Positions 11,867 through 25,064 of a stretch of 64,000 nt of DNA are shown piece after piece. Numbering within the stretch: position 1 is the first letter of the stretch; every line of letters begins with the position of its first letter. The stretch spans positions 11,038,001 to 11,102,000 of the forward strand of contig NC_058369.1 of the NCBI RefSeq assembly GCF_018350175.1. Direction: 5' to 3'. The position numbers and the translations under genes were made by a program. Source of the stretch: Felis catus. Its lineage: Eukaryota. The notes under the pieces are model-generated. The model made no database searches and was not told the origin of the DNA. It saw only the letters and a program-made list of their open reading frames with translations.

Positions 11867-12799
11867 ATGGACCCAGGAAATGATACAGGAACTTCACAAT
11901 TTCTTCTTATGGGATTTTCAGAAGAACCAGAACTGCAGCCCCTCATATTTGGGCTTTTCCTCTCCATGTACCTGATCACTGTGTTTGGCAACCTGCTCAT
12001 CATCCTGGCCGTCAGCTCTGACTCCCGCCTCCACACGCCCATGTACTTCTTCCTGGCCAACCTGTCCTTTGTAGACATCTGCTTCACCTCCACCACCATC
12101 CCAAAGATGCTGGTGAACATCCAGACTGAGAACAAAGTCATAACCTATGAGGACTGCATCACACAGATTTATTTTTTCATACTCTTTGCTGTGATGGACG
12201 TCTTCCTCCTGAGTGTGATGGCCTATGACAGGTTTGTGGCCATCTGCCACCCCCTCCACTACACGATCATCATGAACCCCCAGCTTTGTGGGCTGTTGGT
12301 TCTGGTGTCCTGGATCATGTGTGTCCTGAATTCCTTGTTACAGAGTTTAATGATGTTGCGGCTGTCGTTCTGTACACAGGTAGAAATTCCCCACTTTTTC
12401 TGTGAACTCAATGAGATGCTCCAGCTTGCCTGTTCTGACACCTTTCTTAATAACGTGGTGATGTATCTTGCAGCTGTCCTGCTGGGTGGTGGTCCTTTTG
12501 CCGGGATCCTTTACTCTTATTCCAAGATAGTTTCCTCTATACGTGGGATTGCATCAGCTAAGGGCAAGTTCAAAACGTTTTCCACCTGTGCATCTCACCT
12601 GTCGGTTGTGTGTTTATTTTACTGTACGATGCTTGGCGTGTACCTTAGCTCTGCTGCTACCCAGAGCTCCCACTCAAGTGCCACAGCCTCGGTGATGTAC
12701 ACGGTGGTCACGCCCATGCTGAACCCCTTCATCTACAGCCTGAGGAACAGAGACATAAAGAGTGCTCTGAAAAGAATTGTTGGGGTTCAAGTGATGTAA
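11867..12799 (+). CDS. Olfactory receptor, family 7 (OR7A-like), intact, 310 aa
   Basis: All OR motifs present. Start MDPGNDT follows the acceptor tag (11852-11853). Confidence 0.95.
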   Translation: MDPGNDTGTSQFLLMGFSEEPELQPLIFGLFLSMYLITVFGNLLIILAVSSDSRLHTPMYFFLANLSFVDICFTSTTIPKMLVNIQTENKVITYEDCITQIYFFILFAVMDVFLLSVMAYDRFVAICHPLHYTIIMNPQLCGLLVLVSWIMCVLNSLLQSLMMLRLSFCTQVEIPHFFCELNEMLQLACSDTFLNNVVMYLAAVLLGGGPFAGILYSYSKIVSSIRGIASAKGKFKTFSTCASHLSVVCLFYCTMLGVYLSSAATQSSHSSATASVMYTVVTPMLNPFIYSLRNRDIKSALKRIVGVQVM

Positions 12800-13442
12800 T
12801 GGCCAACTGAACTGTCTTGGGGTTGGAGACGTGTCCATGATTGCAGGGCAGAGCCTCAGAACCAAGAACTGTTCTTCCTTGAATAGACTTTGGCAGGAGA
12901 ATCTGCTCCTTCTGTTTTTCTCCTGGAATTTCCACTTGTTTGCTTTCAACTTCTCTATACATTTAAGGAACTCACTTTATCAAGCTTCTGCTCTGTCTGA
13001 CATAGTTTCCCCTTTGTCCATTTTCATATGTCCCCAATGTTTTCCCCAGCCTTAGAACATAAATGCCTGGAAATTTCTGTATCTAATGGGACAAGTTGTA
13101 TTTCTTAAAAATAATTTCTTTTCAAATGACTTATCCCACGAGAAGTAAATCTCCCCTAGATTTTCCAAGAACATAATCATGAGTTATAGTCTTCATATGG
13201 AAAAAGCTACACTTGGCCCCTAAGCCCTCTCCACAATTTTATTGTAGATGAACATACAAACCAAAGTTTTCACCTTGTGTCTGTCAGTCTTTTTACATCA
13301 CAACCTAAGCATTCCTACTGATGACGTGGACTCTAACAGTGTTCCCTTTAAGCCTCTGGCTACTGACACCACAATGCTCTGGCTAGGAAAGCCCCGGCAC
13401 TCACCCGTGCCCATGTGCTTGTGGACATTCCCAGAGTTTATG

Positions 13443-13970
13443 CTGTGACTCACTGGCCCTCGGGTTCTTATTGTGATCAGAAGACACACCTCGGCACCAC
13501 CATCAGAGAACTCTAAAAAAGCAATGCCTGTTACTCACAGATCCCGGAGGGCACATGGGATGACCAAAGGCCATTTGGAGAGGTCTGAGAAAGGGAGACA
13601 GAGATTGACAGACACTGGGAGCACCGCTGAGGGATCTGGCTTTATTGAGGACCTTGGCCAGAGTGGCTAGGGGGTTGCGGGTTCACACCTTACTGGACAG
13701 TTTTATAGGAGCAGATTTCAGCAGCTGAAGGGGAAAAGCAAGGTCACTCAAGGGCAGTTATATTAGTTACCCAGGGCTTTGTCAACAGGAACTTCCTGGC
13801 TGGGGCGGTCCGAGTGCTAATTTGGTAATTGTGTCATACACCTGACAATATGTTTGTTCAACATGGCTGTTTTCAAATGGATGTCCCAGAAATCCAAAGC
13901 TTAATTTCAGGCATTTACATTATAATCAAAAGCTTAATGTCAGGCACTTACTCTAAAAAACATGCTACTG
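13443..13970 (-). mobile_element. ERV-type solo LTR (family uncertain, possibly ERVL MER76/77-like)
   Basis: tgt start, minus-strand AATAAA (tttatt ~13641), LTR-like composition and internal repeats (aagcttaat..caggca). Confidence 0.5.
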
Positions 13971-14194
13971 TATTTCCTAATCGGTCTCCTGTTTTTTCTC
14001 TGTTATTCAGCGCGGTGTCCAGGAAGCCTACCATAGCCCCTGATAAAACTTGTTCAGCATAATATATCTCCCAGTGGAGTCTATATGGAAAGACAAACTT
14101 AAATAAGTTGATCAACCGAATATATTCTTAGTGTCGGGACGACCATAAATATGAGGAGGCAAAATTTCAAAACACTATCTGTTACTACACAAGT

Positions 14195-14280
14195 TTCTTT
14201 CTTTCCTTCTTTCTTTTCTTTTTTTCTTTCTCTTTCTTTCTTTCTTTCTCTCTTTCTTTCTTTCTTTCTTTCTTTCTTTA
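14195..14280. repeat. (TTTC)n microsatellite
   Basis: Read directly from the sequence. Confidence 0.9.
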
Positions 14281-14903
14281 ACAGTTGATCCTGTGCATCG
14301 ACTTATTGAAGCATAGAACATTTGTGTCCACAGCTGAAGGGATTTAGTTTTTGAGGCGAAGGATTGCTCAGTGTCTTCTATGCTTTATCATGGAATTTTC
14401 TTCCTATTTCTACTTGAGAACTTCCAATGCTACCTGTTAATATGACACTTCCTGATATTATACATAAAATAACTCACTTTTCTTAACTTTTGTCACAAAT
14501 GCTAAGGGTTGGCAAAGGAACAGTATCAGCCCCATCCATTTCGTACCTCTGTCTTGCTCTGAAATCTCTCCCACCTGCATGACCAGAGGATGCTTCATAT
14601 GAGAGCTGGATGTCCTGTTGGCATGTGGTTCAGGGTCCCCAGGTCTTCTGCACAAACGTGCATGTCCTACAAACTCTCCCCATTACCTTGAGGGGAGCCT
14701 ACATATAGTCACTTGTTCATCAAGTCACGGGAAATAGACTTGAACCACAGAAGGATGACAACCACTCTCAATTATCGGACCATATGCCACAAATAAAAAG
14801 CAGCACATGTCTGATCACCTCAAGTCTGTTTGCTGGGGTGATTGTGTCAGCCAGTTGTTGCTGTATAACAAACAGGCTGTTCTTATCAAATGGGATATCA
14901 TAA

Positions 14904-15299
14904 TGATGTGGGGATGCGGAGCACAATGGTGAAGAAAGAATTCTTGAGACTTTTTATGATGCAAAAAGGTGCGTTTATTAGAGCTTGGAGATAGGACTCA
15001 TGGGCAGAAAGAGCTACACTGGTATTGTAAAGAATGACTGATCATATACTTTTAAGTTTATGGAGGAGGGGAGTAGAGATAGCATGTTTCTAAGGAATTC
15101 CTTTATGCTGAAAGTGAGGTTTACGGGGCCATAGAGGTTTGGCTCTTGTCAAGATAAGGTTGCTTTTCTTGTCTAATAAAACGTTAACATTAACGCAGCC
15201 TCGAGTTCCTGGACGTGACTCAGGGATTTGTCAGTGGGCTGCAAGTTGTAAGGACACTGACGTTTAGCTACATTTCTCTTGCTTTTGTTCTCCTCATCG
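14904..15299 (-). mobile_element. Carnivore ERV solo LTR (family uncertain)
   Basis: tgatg...catc termini and a minus-strand AATAAA (tttatt ~14975). Confidence 0.55.
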
Positions 15300-15344
15300 A
15301 TGATACCTTTAGCATCAAACGGGATCATATCGGGAAGCATTTCT

Positions 15345-15550
15345 TTCTTTTTCTTTTTAACATTTATTTATTTTTGAGAGACAGAGAGACAGAGCGCGAG
15401 TGGGGGAGGGGCAGAGACACAGAATCTGAAGCAGGCTCCAGGCTCTGAGCTGTCAGCACAGAGCCTGATACAGGGCTTGAACCCTCAAGCCTTGAGATGA
15501 TGACCTGAGCCAAAGTCAGACGTTTAAGGGACTGAGCCACCCAGGACCTC
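15345..15550 (-). mobile_element. Can-SINE
   Basis: Full element with TSD cgggaagcat(t/c)tct. Confidence 0.92.
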
Positions 15551-16425
15551 CGGGAAGCATCTCTCATCTCTGCTGGGCTCCTCATGCATCTGTGGTCTTG
15601 TGCGAATCTCTCTGTTGTGTTTCTAGGGCTCATCCCTGATGCTGTATGTGGTTGTAGTGTTCTACTGTCTCAGCCAATTTGTGGTCTTATTACTACATTT
15701 CTATGTGCAGGTTATTCTTCTATTTATAAATAAGATGAATTATCATGTGAATTCTTTGCATTGAATCCCAGTGTTCCTACACCCGTATGTAACATTGGTT
15801 TTCCTTCCCTGTTAGAAGAGCTATCTCCCAAACCTGTAAAGGAGAATCATCTATCTGTGCTCTCTATCCAACCCTTAGCCTGCACCATAGATATGTTCCC
15901 AGTTAATTAATCAGAGTATAATTACACACAATACACCACATATTTAAAGGGTACAGTTTGATGAATTAAATGAGCTACACGAAAATTCATAGCACATAGT
16001 GCAAGTTTCCATTTGTGTATAATTTAAGCTTTAACTGCGTTGTTAGGTAATTCTTAAGATTATAAACTCCCTAAGCCTCTCTTTCCTTATTTCTGAAGGC
16101 AGAGTGGATGCTCAACATAACTTCCAGTGAAATGTAAGGAAAGAATGAAATGCATGGATATACATTTTTTACTCCAAGGAAACCATTCAAGTGTAGTGGT
16201 TGTGTCTTATGTGTGTGTATGTGTGTGTGCACACATTTTTCTTTCTTATAATGTGTACACACACAGATGATTTATGATTTCATCTTTGTGTTGAAAGGAG
16301 GCTTGAGAAAAAGTTGGAGAGGATAGCACTGGAGAGGAAGAACGAATGGTTGAATCAACCTAAAATAAAAAGAAGCAGAGATAAAGACACAAAACGTTAA
16401 ATTACAATGAGTGAACTTAACTTTT

Positions 16426-16985
16426 GTTTTTAAATTTATGTATTTAAATTAAGTTAGTTCACATACAGTTTACTATTGGTTTTAGGTGTAGAGCCCAGTG
16501 ATTCATTGCTTGCCATGACACCCAGTGTTCTTCCCAAGTGCCCTCCTTAATGCCCTTCACCCATTTAGCCCATTCCCCCCCCCACACACACACCTCCTCT
16601 CCAGCACCCCTCAATTTGTTCTCTTTATTTAAGAGTCTCTTATGGTTTGCCTCTCTCCGTTTTTATCTTATTTTTCCTTCCATTCCCCTGTGTTCATCTA
16701 TTTTGTTTCTTAAATTCCACATATGAGCAAAACCATGGCATTTGTCTTTCTCTGACTGACTTATTTCACTGAGTATAATACCATCGAGTTCCATCCATGT
16801 TGTTGCAAAAAGATCTCATTCTTTTTGATGGCTGACTAATATTTCATTGTAGGGATATATTACATCTTCTTTATCCATTAAAGAGCACCTGCACCCCAAT
16901 GTTTATAGCAGCACTATCAACAATAGCCAAACTATGGAAAGAGCCCAAATATCCATTGACTGATGAATGGATAAAAAAGATGTCG
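16426..16985 (-). mobile_element. 5'-inverted (twin-primed) L1 3' fragment
   Basis: Minus-strand L1 tail at 16426-16879 joined to a + strand L1 piece at 16881-16985; degenerate TSD gtgaacttaacttttg / gtgaccctaattttg. Confidence 0.8.
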
Positions 16986-17349
16986 GTGACCCTAATTTTG
17001 ATCATGAGTTCCCTTCCTATTTTGTTGCCTCAAGGACATTATAGTCAGACCACATCACATTTATGCACACAGGAATTCACTCTACCACCTACTGGGCAGA
17101 ATATCTCCAAACTGTTTTAATTTTTTTTCTACATATTGTGGGGTCTTTAAAATATAATTTGTTGTCAAATTGGCTAACATACAGTGTGTAAAGTGTGCTC
17201 TTGGTTTTGGAGATAGATCCCCATGGTTCATCGCTTACCTCGTATTGTGGGTTGTTAAAATGTAAATTACCCTTAACCAAGGGAAGCTAATGAGTGAATC
17301 AAGAGGCTTAAATTTGGTTGTCTCAAATAATTTTATTGACTGTGTCAGT

Positions 17350-17835
17350 ATGAGATTCCTACCGCTGCTGTAAAATATCTCCACACTAGCTGCTTAAAAC
17401 ATACACACCCTTACAGTTCTGGAGTCAGAGCTCAGAAGGAGTCTCATGGGGCTAATAGCAAGAAGTCTGCAGAGTTGAGTTCCTTCTGGAGGCTCAGAGG
17501 AGAATCTGTTTCCCTTCCATTTCCAGTCTCTGTCGCCGGTCTCCTGCATTCTCTGGTCATGGCTCTCCCTCCACCTTCAGAGCCGACAGGGTAGCAGTTT
17601 CAAAGTCTCTCTGACACCAACTCTTTTGACTCCCTCCTCAACATTTGGAGGACTGTCCTGACTACCTTAGTGCCACCTGGACAATCACAGCTAATCGTTG
17701 TATCTGAATGGCAGCTGATTGGCAGCCCTGTTCAATCTCCTACCTTGATTCCCTGAGCTCTAGAAAATACCATGTTCCTAAGCACTGATTAGGATGTGGA
17801 CCTGCTTGGGAGGCTCCTCCTCTGTCTTCTAAAAA
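17350..17835 (-). mobile_element. MLT1D/E-like LTR (module copy B)
   Basis: Homologous to 6190-6672 and to the inverted copy at 34455-34955. Confidence 0.75.
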
Positions 17836-18267
17836 GTCTTTTTCAAAAGTGTACTGTTTTCAGGTGATTTGACTAGTTTATACATTATGCTCTGTCACCA
17901 TGAGAGCAGCTACTGTCTGTCTCCGGGCTGCACCGTTACAATAAATTGACCGCATTCCTTATGCTGGGCCTTTTATTCCCATGGCTTATTCGTCCCATGA
18001 CTGGAAGCCCGCACCTCCCACTGTTGTAACCTTGTGTGTCAACTGTACTAAAACTATTACAAAATAATAGACACATGAAAAAAACAAAACCTGGGTGTAT
18101 TATTTTGTGCCACACTAGTGCCTGCCTATAAAGGAAGCAAACACAGAATTGACACAGCCTCCAGAAGGAGGGATACACTATTCCCTCCAAATTACATGCA
18201 ACGATGATTTTTTGTATAGGAGATCTCTAAAACTACCTACATCTGTCTCTAACACAGGATCACACCC

Positions 18268-18602
18268 TTGCTAACCAAAAAGTGGTACACGGACTGGAAC
18301 TTGCACATAAATAACAAGTGAGAGCTTGTCAAAAATGCAGAAGCTCTGGGCCACCCGGGGACTATCACTCAGATGCTGCATTTGCAGCAGGATCCGTGTG
18401 GATTCCTAAACATTTGTAGAGCATGTGAGGTTGGAGAAGGGCTGGTCTGGAATAGGTTTTCTCACTTGTTACACCAGACCTTTGGGACAGCTTAAGTCTA
18501 TTTTTGGAGGCTGCTTTCTTGTGGACGAGGTGTTTAGCAGCATCCCTTCAGACGTCACCAGACATCCCCGGGGGGAAATTCATTTCTGGTCGAGAACCAC
18601 TG
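18268..18602. mobile_element. MER5B-like plus deleted MER20-like (module copy B)
   Basis: Homologous to 6865-7192. Confidence 0.7.
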
Positions 18603-19180
18603 CCCCCAAGCTTGAGAACTAGAAGCGTCCCGACAGAATCCCACTCCAGGCCCACATCCTCGAGCACTGACTTCGGGCAGATCACTAGATGCCGCCAAGC
18701 CCATTCCCGCCTGGAGAATGGAGTTTAGAAATGGAGCTTCTCAGGGACGACACGTTTACAGAACATTGAATTAAACATTCCCTGTAAATGCTCGATACAG
18801 GTGATGGCATGTGCAAAGACCTAAGTATACCTCTTATAATTAACAAGGCCTTTATAAGCGGGACTGACAGCTTTTAGCTTGAGATAAAGCAAAAAATTCC
18901 TAATTGCAATGGCAAACGTATCTTGAACCCAACGTGCGTAGTGCCCAAGGTTTATTATCAGAAGAACCGAGTTCTCCACCTCATTTAAGAGAAGACTAAA
19001 CACGTCTGGAGATAGCTGGGTCCCCACCACAAGTCAATGCTTTGAAGATAAAGAGACCTAGTCCAGGCAGGATCCCTCAGTCTCAGACCTGGAGCAAACT
19101 GTAACTGGGAGTTGAGATAAGGTGCTGGGAGATATACTCACCAGGAGGGAGGCAAGTTCAAGGAAAAGGAGCAAAAAACA

Positions 19181-19211
<31 letters not shown>

Positions 19212-19244
19212 CAAAAACACAAGCCCATCCAACTGGATTCCCTA

Positions 19245-19445
19245 CTTTTTTTCTAATGTTTAGTTTGGAGAGACAGACACTGAGAGTGGGGAAGGAGCAG
19301 AGAGGGAGACACAGAATCTGAAGCAGGCTCCAGACTCCAAGCTGCCAGCACAGAGCCCAACGTGGGGCTCGAACTCACAAACCACAAGACCATGACCTGA
19401 GCTGAAGTCTGACGCCCAACCGACTGAGCCACACAGGTGTCCCTG
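19245..19445 (-). mobile_element. Can-SINE inserted just upstream of the OR promoter core
   Basis: TSD ggattc(c/a)ctactt; preceded by (CAAAA)n at 19170-19218. Confidence 0.9.
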
Positions 19446-19464
19446 AGGATTCACTACTTCTAAA

Positions 19465-19834
19465 CTGGTCTCTTGGGAACATGATTCATTAGAGAAATTT
19501 CCTTTGTGTGCAAAAGTGTTCTGCTTGGGAACTGTGCTGGAGTAAGAAGAGGGAATATATACCTAATGAGCAGACACAGGGAGCTGTAAATATCTCCTGG
19601 TCTCCTGTCAGCCCGTGCAACCTTGCACAGGAAGGGGCATGCTTTTCTGTTTGTTCTGAATCCTAGTTCTGGCTGAGGACTGATGTTTCACTGCCTCCTG
19701 CAGTCTCAGGTGAGGGCAGAGCTTTAGTCCCTATCATCTGCTATCCAGGGAAGAATTCAGGCTTCCACAAGGAGACCTTCCCATCAGACACCCCAGCTAG
19801 ATGAGTCCAACAGCCCAGTGGACCGTGGGTGAGC
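19465..19834 (+). promoter_or_regulatory. Putative OR promoter and first exon for the gene at 25982
   Basis: TCTCTTGGGAA (19469), TAATGA (19564-19569), gctgtaaata, and donor-like CAG|GTGAGG (19710) and GTGAGC (19829). Confidence 0.65.
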
Positions 19835-20079
19835 GGGCCAGAGAGAATGGAAGCCAAGATCATTAACTGTCACCACTTGAGAGCCAATCCAACTTAGCCT
19901 AGAGCAAGTGGTCACGGTGTTTGTTTGCTTAATTAAGTAATTCATGTATTTATTCAGTGGCTGTGTCAGTTTCAGAGGGAGTGCCATTCACACTGTTGAA
20001 GAGCTTTCTTATTCTTTATCATTCAATCGCTATTATGGTCATGCTAGAAAAACTATGTTGAGATTGTTAAATTCAATGT

Positions 20080-20268
20080 GTGGTTCTAATCAGGTGTAAT
20101 TTTGTCCCCTGGGGGACATTGATCAATGTCTGGAGACACTTTGTCTGTCACACTGGAGAGGGGTGCACAGAGGTCAGGGATGCTCTGAACATCTTACAGG
20201 GCACAGGAGACTCTCCACCACAGGGCAGGCTCTGGGCAGGATGGGTGCAGAGACTGGGAAACTCCTGG
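20080..20268 (+). mobile_element. MER20-like fossil
   Basis: gtggttct..ttttgtcccctgggggacatt..ggagacac..cagggatgctctgaacatc. Confidence 0.8.
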
Positions 20269-20538
20269 TGAAAGAATGTCAGTATCTGTAATACAGCTGC
20301 TTTCAGGTTCTGCCTTCAACCTTGTAACACTCTTACCCCAACAAATTCAGAATAACCCTGTGGCTCCTATTTGAAAGTTTCAACCACAAACAATGTAACA
20401 GCCCTGTAAGTTTTTTTCTAGGCTGCTGGGTGTAGGAGACAGTTCTTGTTATTTTCCTAAACCATCCCTCAGTTTCAGCCAAGGTCATATGTTTGATGAC
20501 CGCCTGATTGGTTTTATTATTATTATATGCCCATAGGT

Positions 20539-20594
<56 letters not shown>

Positions 20595-21612
20595 AAAACA
20601 TTATCAGCATTTCAAATGATTTCCTGAGATCATTGTTTCTCAATTGATTTTTGCAACATATTTGGATCATAAAAATTTTTAATTTTATTTAAATAAATCT
20701 ATCTTCTTACTTCTGAGATTATGGCTTTATTTAGTGGTTTTGCTCACCTGTGAATGTTATATGTAGTTTCCTTGATGTTCTGCTATATTGTATGGGTACG
20801 CTTACACTGGGGTCATAATCCCTCTGAATTTTCGTGAAGTGTCTGAGGAGGGGACCAGTTGCATATTCTTCCAGATAGAGATCCATTGCTACCAGCACTG
20901 GTTTAGATATTCATTTATTCTAGCTGTTATATAGCAATTCAACCTTTTCCAACTAAACCGAAATAAAACCTTGCCATATGGTCAATGTCCTTATACACTG
21001 AGACCTAATTTCTGACTCATTTAACAAATAAAAACTGAGCATTCTAGGGACATTATATATATTTTTTCATGTGTAGGCCATTGACAATTTAATTATGAAT
21101 CCATGTTGATATCCTTAATAATTTCTTTTCTATAGCCAATTTCAGTTAGTTTTTATGTTTCACATACTTTTGCTGTGGACAGTTGTTTTCAAACTACTCA
21201 TTTTAACGTGGTTTCATCATCCCTTTATTTTTTTCATTCTATAATTTTTCATATCCTTGGGTTTTTCATATTAACCATATAGTGACATACATTTGTGACA
21301 AAAACAAAAGTGAACAAAGAAGGTGAAATCCCTTCACTAGCATATGTTTCTGTGTAGCACCAAGGACAGAGAACAATAATATAAATATACGGATGGCATC
21401 ATGCGGTCAAGCATAATCATATGAAACAAGTTATTTGGTACAAAACTGGACTGTCGTGATGTCGGGAGCATTTACAGAGCATGGTCTGGGGAAGCCTCTG
21501 TCCACTGGCTGACATACAGAATGAGGATTCGAGGTGCCCCTTGGGTTTGTGAAAAAGAGACCAATACCCAGAGTCCAAGAGTATCAATGAGAGGACATCA
21601 CATAGGGATGGG

Positions 21613-21880
21613 AGATGAGCGCCTGGGTGGCTCAGTTGGTTAAGAGACCTCTTCTTGGTTTCGGCTCAGCTCAGATCTCACCGTTCGTGAGATCCAGCCT
21701 CTTGTCGGGCTCTGTGCTGACAGCATGGAGCCTGCTTGGGACTCTCTCTGTCCTTCCCCTGCTTGTGTGCTTGCTCTCTCTCTCTCTCTCCCTCCTCCCC
21801 TGCTTGTCCTCTCTCCCTCTCTCCCTCCCCTGCTTGTGCTCCCTCTCTCTCTCTGAAAGAAATAAACATTAAAAAGAGAA
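21613..21880 (+). mobile_element. Can-SINE with expanded CT-rich segment
   Basis: gcgcctgggtggctcagttggttaag head, repeated cccctgcttgt units, aataaacatt tail. Confidence 0.88.
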
Positions 21881-22216
21881 AGGGATAACAGGGCTGCCCT
21901 CACCTGCTGTCAGCCCCCATGAAAACGAATTGCGCAAGTAATGTTGCAAGAGGCACATGAAAGCGAAGTCTTCTGTGGTTGACCTTGTAATTGTGCAACT
22001 TGCAGCCAATCACGTGTGCTTCCTTTTGTGAAGTGTTGGCTTATCCCCTTGCTCATTTTTTCCCTTAGCCCTGCCATATGTAAGGTGTCTGACATTAGGA
22101 AGATATCAGCACTTTCGTCTTTGGGGGCAGTTAAATGTGTTCTCACATAGTTTTTGCTGGGCATCAGGGGAGGTGGTCGGGTGCAAAGCTTCCAGAAGTG
22201 AGGGAGGTTACTGTTT

Positions 22217-22967
22217 GTCACAATCCCTCGGGGACCCCCTGAGCTTACTGCATCCTTGTTCTGTTGTCCTAGACTCTGGGTCTTGTCTAGCAAGAGAGGG
22301 GACACAGGATTGTTATGCAAGAGAGGCAAATGTCCAGGAGCAGACAAGAGCCCCGAGTAAGGGTCCTTGCTCTGTTTTCATTAGAATCAGGAGGCTTACA
22401 GGTGTGATGGGTGGGCACAGAGACAATGGAACTGTCAACATTAACTCATGGGCGTGTGGGAAGCTGGGGTTTGAAGACGTGTGGTGTTAGGGGTTTGGGT
22501 CAATGCAAAACAAATCCTGGCGCCAGGCAGATGGTTGTTTACAGCAGACATGAGGCGCCACCTCTGTTTACCTAAACTTGCCTAGGGTGCAAGCCAGACA
22601 GAGCAGGCTACCTTAGGGTCTACAAGGCACCTTTCTTTTGCTAATTAGCTCCCCTTGGGGCAACTTCCCCTTGCTGAGGTCTACAGCCCTGTTTATCCAT
22701 TTACCTAATTTTAGTCCTTCCTTCCTGGAAAATAGCTTTCTGCTATTGTATTCAGTTGGGGGTTGTTTCTGTCCTGAATACCTAAGCTTTTTACCCCATT
22801 TTGGATGCTTCTATCCTGAGATTTCCTATTCCTATACTTTTGTCCTATACTGGGACCTTTGCCCTGTTTACCTAATGTTGGATGCCTTCATCCTGTGGCT
22901 TCTCTTTCTTTATGCCTTGTTAACTCATCGGTGCAAGCTCAGGGAACTCCTAAGCTTATTCTCCACA
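22217..22967 (-). mobile_element. ERV solo LTR (carnivore ERV1-like, tentative)
   Basis: tgt...aca termini, internal repeats (cctaagctt, ggatgc..atcctg), ~750 bp. Confidence 0.55.
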
Positions 22968-23707
22968 CTCTGCCTCCTCCATTTCATTCACCATCCCTCT
23001 GTCTTTCCACTTATTAAACATAAGTTTGTGAAATACACAACAGGAGATGGCTATCCCAACATGGAGCTTCAACCTCATTTGCCCATGGGAGGCTTCGGAA
23101 TTAACACTTCCAGGAACCACTTCTACATTTTTCAGGGGAAAGATCGCTGATCTGGTCTATTTGGGTTGGATCCATTCCCAGCGTAACCTGGATGGCGGGG
23201 GCTGTAAAGACAGGGATTACACAACCCAGAAGACCACGGTGTCCTGTGTGTGTGTGACTTGTAGAGGGTGATCAGTCCTCACAGCAGGGGCCAGGACTCC
23301 TAATCTCAAGGTGATACAATACACGGGCCAGAACTCAGTCAAGAGCAGGCACCAAGACGGGGATCTGTGTCAATTCATGGGATGGCTTTGCAGCACGATG
23401 AATATAGAGGGAGAGGTAGTGTGGACAAGAACGGCCCTGTGCCTTAAGGTCACAGTAGTAGCAGAGAGGTCACTTCCTTCATCACATGTCTGACAGCATC
23501 TGTCATCAGTGTCCCTCAGGCTCATTCCCCTTGTAGCGCCGGCTTCCCTTTTTGATTTGAACATTTGAAACAAGTACATTCCTCAGGGCCTTTGCACTGG
23601 CCATTCCCTCTGCTGGGCACATTTCCCCCATACTCCCACATCTACCTCTCTGTCTTATCAAGGTCTGTGTTCCAATATCACCTTGTTGCACAATTTGCCC
23701 AAAGACC

Positions 23708-24907
23708 TGTAATAGGTCAACTTATAAGATATCAGAAAGCTTATTGTATATAAGTTTGGCTTAAACTCACCTTTCATGAATAATTGAGATAAAAGCTTAG
23801 GTAGTTCCCTGTTAGGGTTATAGGAAATTACTAACCGCCCTATCTCGCTTCCATAACTTCGCCTGCTTGCTAAATGGATAACTTAGGTTGCAAAACGCTC
23901 CCCTATCCCTTCTACCAAGATCTGGCCTAGGCAAGACCAACATGTAAAAAGTCATGAACTCACTGCCCCACAGTATCTTAGGGCAAACATAGCTAGCCTC
24001 CTGTAGCCTGGGAGTAAACTATGACCCATGTAAGCTTAGAAGGACCCCAGAATATGAGATGCTGAACCTGTGTTTGTTTTGGGCTTTCCTAGAAGTGCTG
24101 TTCCTGTTCCCTAGATATTAGTTCTGCTTAAAACCACATTTGCTGAGTTACTGAGAAATAAAACTTCCTCTTAACTGCTTGTTTGAGCTTTTGTAAACCT
24201 GCTTGGCATAATCACCCTTCCCCATTCTCGGGCACCGCATCCTGTTCGGACTAGATAGAAGATTAATATTGTAAACAACGTGATTCAGCATTCAACTAGC
24301 TAGGTCAACAAGTTATATTTTGAAATTCTTCAGGACTGTGTGACTGGTGCCCGTCTTATATTTTAAAAACCTACAACATTGTGTGATTGGTGCCCGCCCT
24401 TTCAAACTGCCACCCTTGTGCAACCCGATTGGTCGATACAGCCCTTATAAGACATCCCCAAAGTTTGTTCGGGGCCAGACTTTCGGGACCTGTTGTATTT
24501 CCCTGTCTGGCCCAGCCGTAATAAAAGTGTTTTGATCCTGTTTTTGCTGTCTGGAGTTCATAAGCGATTGCAACTTACAACAAGGTATCTAACTTTGGTC
24601 ATTTTAAACCCCCTTAGGACAAAAAACTTTAAATTGATAGGTTACCACCAAAACTAACGTCTGTGTGTCACAATATAATTGGCTACCATGAGATGTTGTA
24701 AATTGTAATTGGTTAACTAAATCATGACGTATTATGACTTGCTAAAATCCATATAAGCTCACTGCTACCTTTGTTCAGGGCCATTCTCTGCACTTTTCTC
24801 CTTAAGATCAGGAGATCAGGTTTGGCCCGGCCATGAATAAAATCTTGCCTCGCTTCTATTCAGCGTCTGGTGGTTTTTTTCGACAGCACCCTGTTTTAAT
24901 ACCCACA
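23708..24907 (+). mobile_element. Two nested or adjacent ERV LTRs
   Basis: Two TATA + AATAAA + ...aca ends (24447/24520/24582 and 24752/24837/24907), splitting an L2 fragment. Confidence 0.6.
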
Positions 24908-25064
24908 AAAATAGAATGCCCTATTTGCTTTGTTTTATGCCTGTTTTTCTTTTCTTCCTAACACTCCTCACCATCTAAAAAGTTATACAATTCTCTTATT
25001 TGCTTATATTTTTTCTCTATCATTGTAGGACTTTTTTTCTTTAACACCTTATGCTCATTCCTTA

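Noticed and set aside
21910..23150. 145-aa and 170-aa ORFs as possible retroviral genes
   Set aside because: No gag, pol or env motifs are recognisable; they overlap LTR-like sequence.
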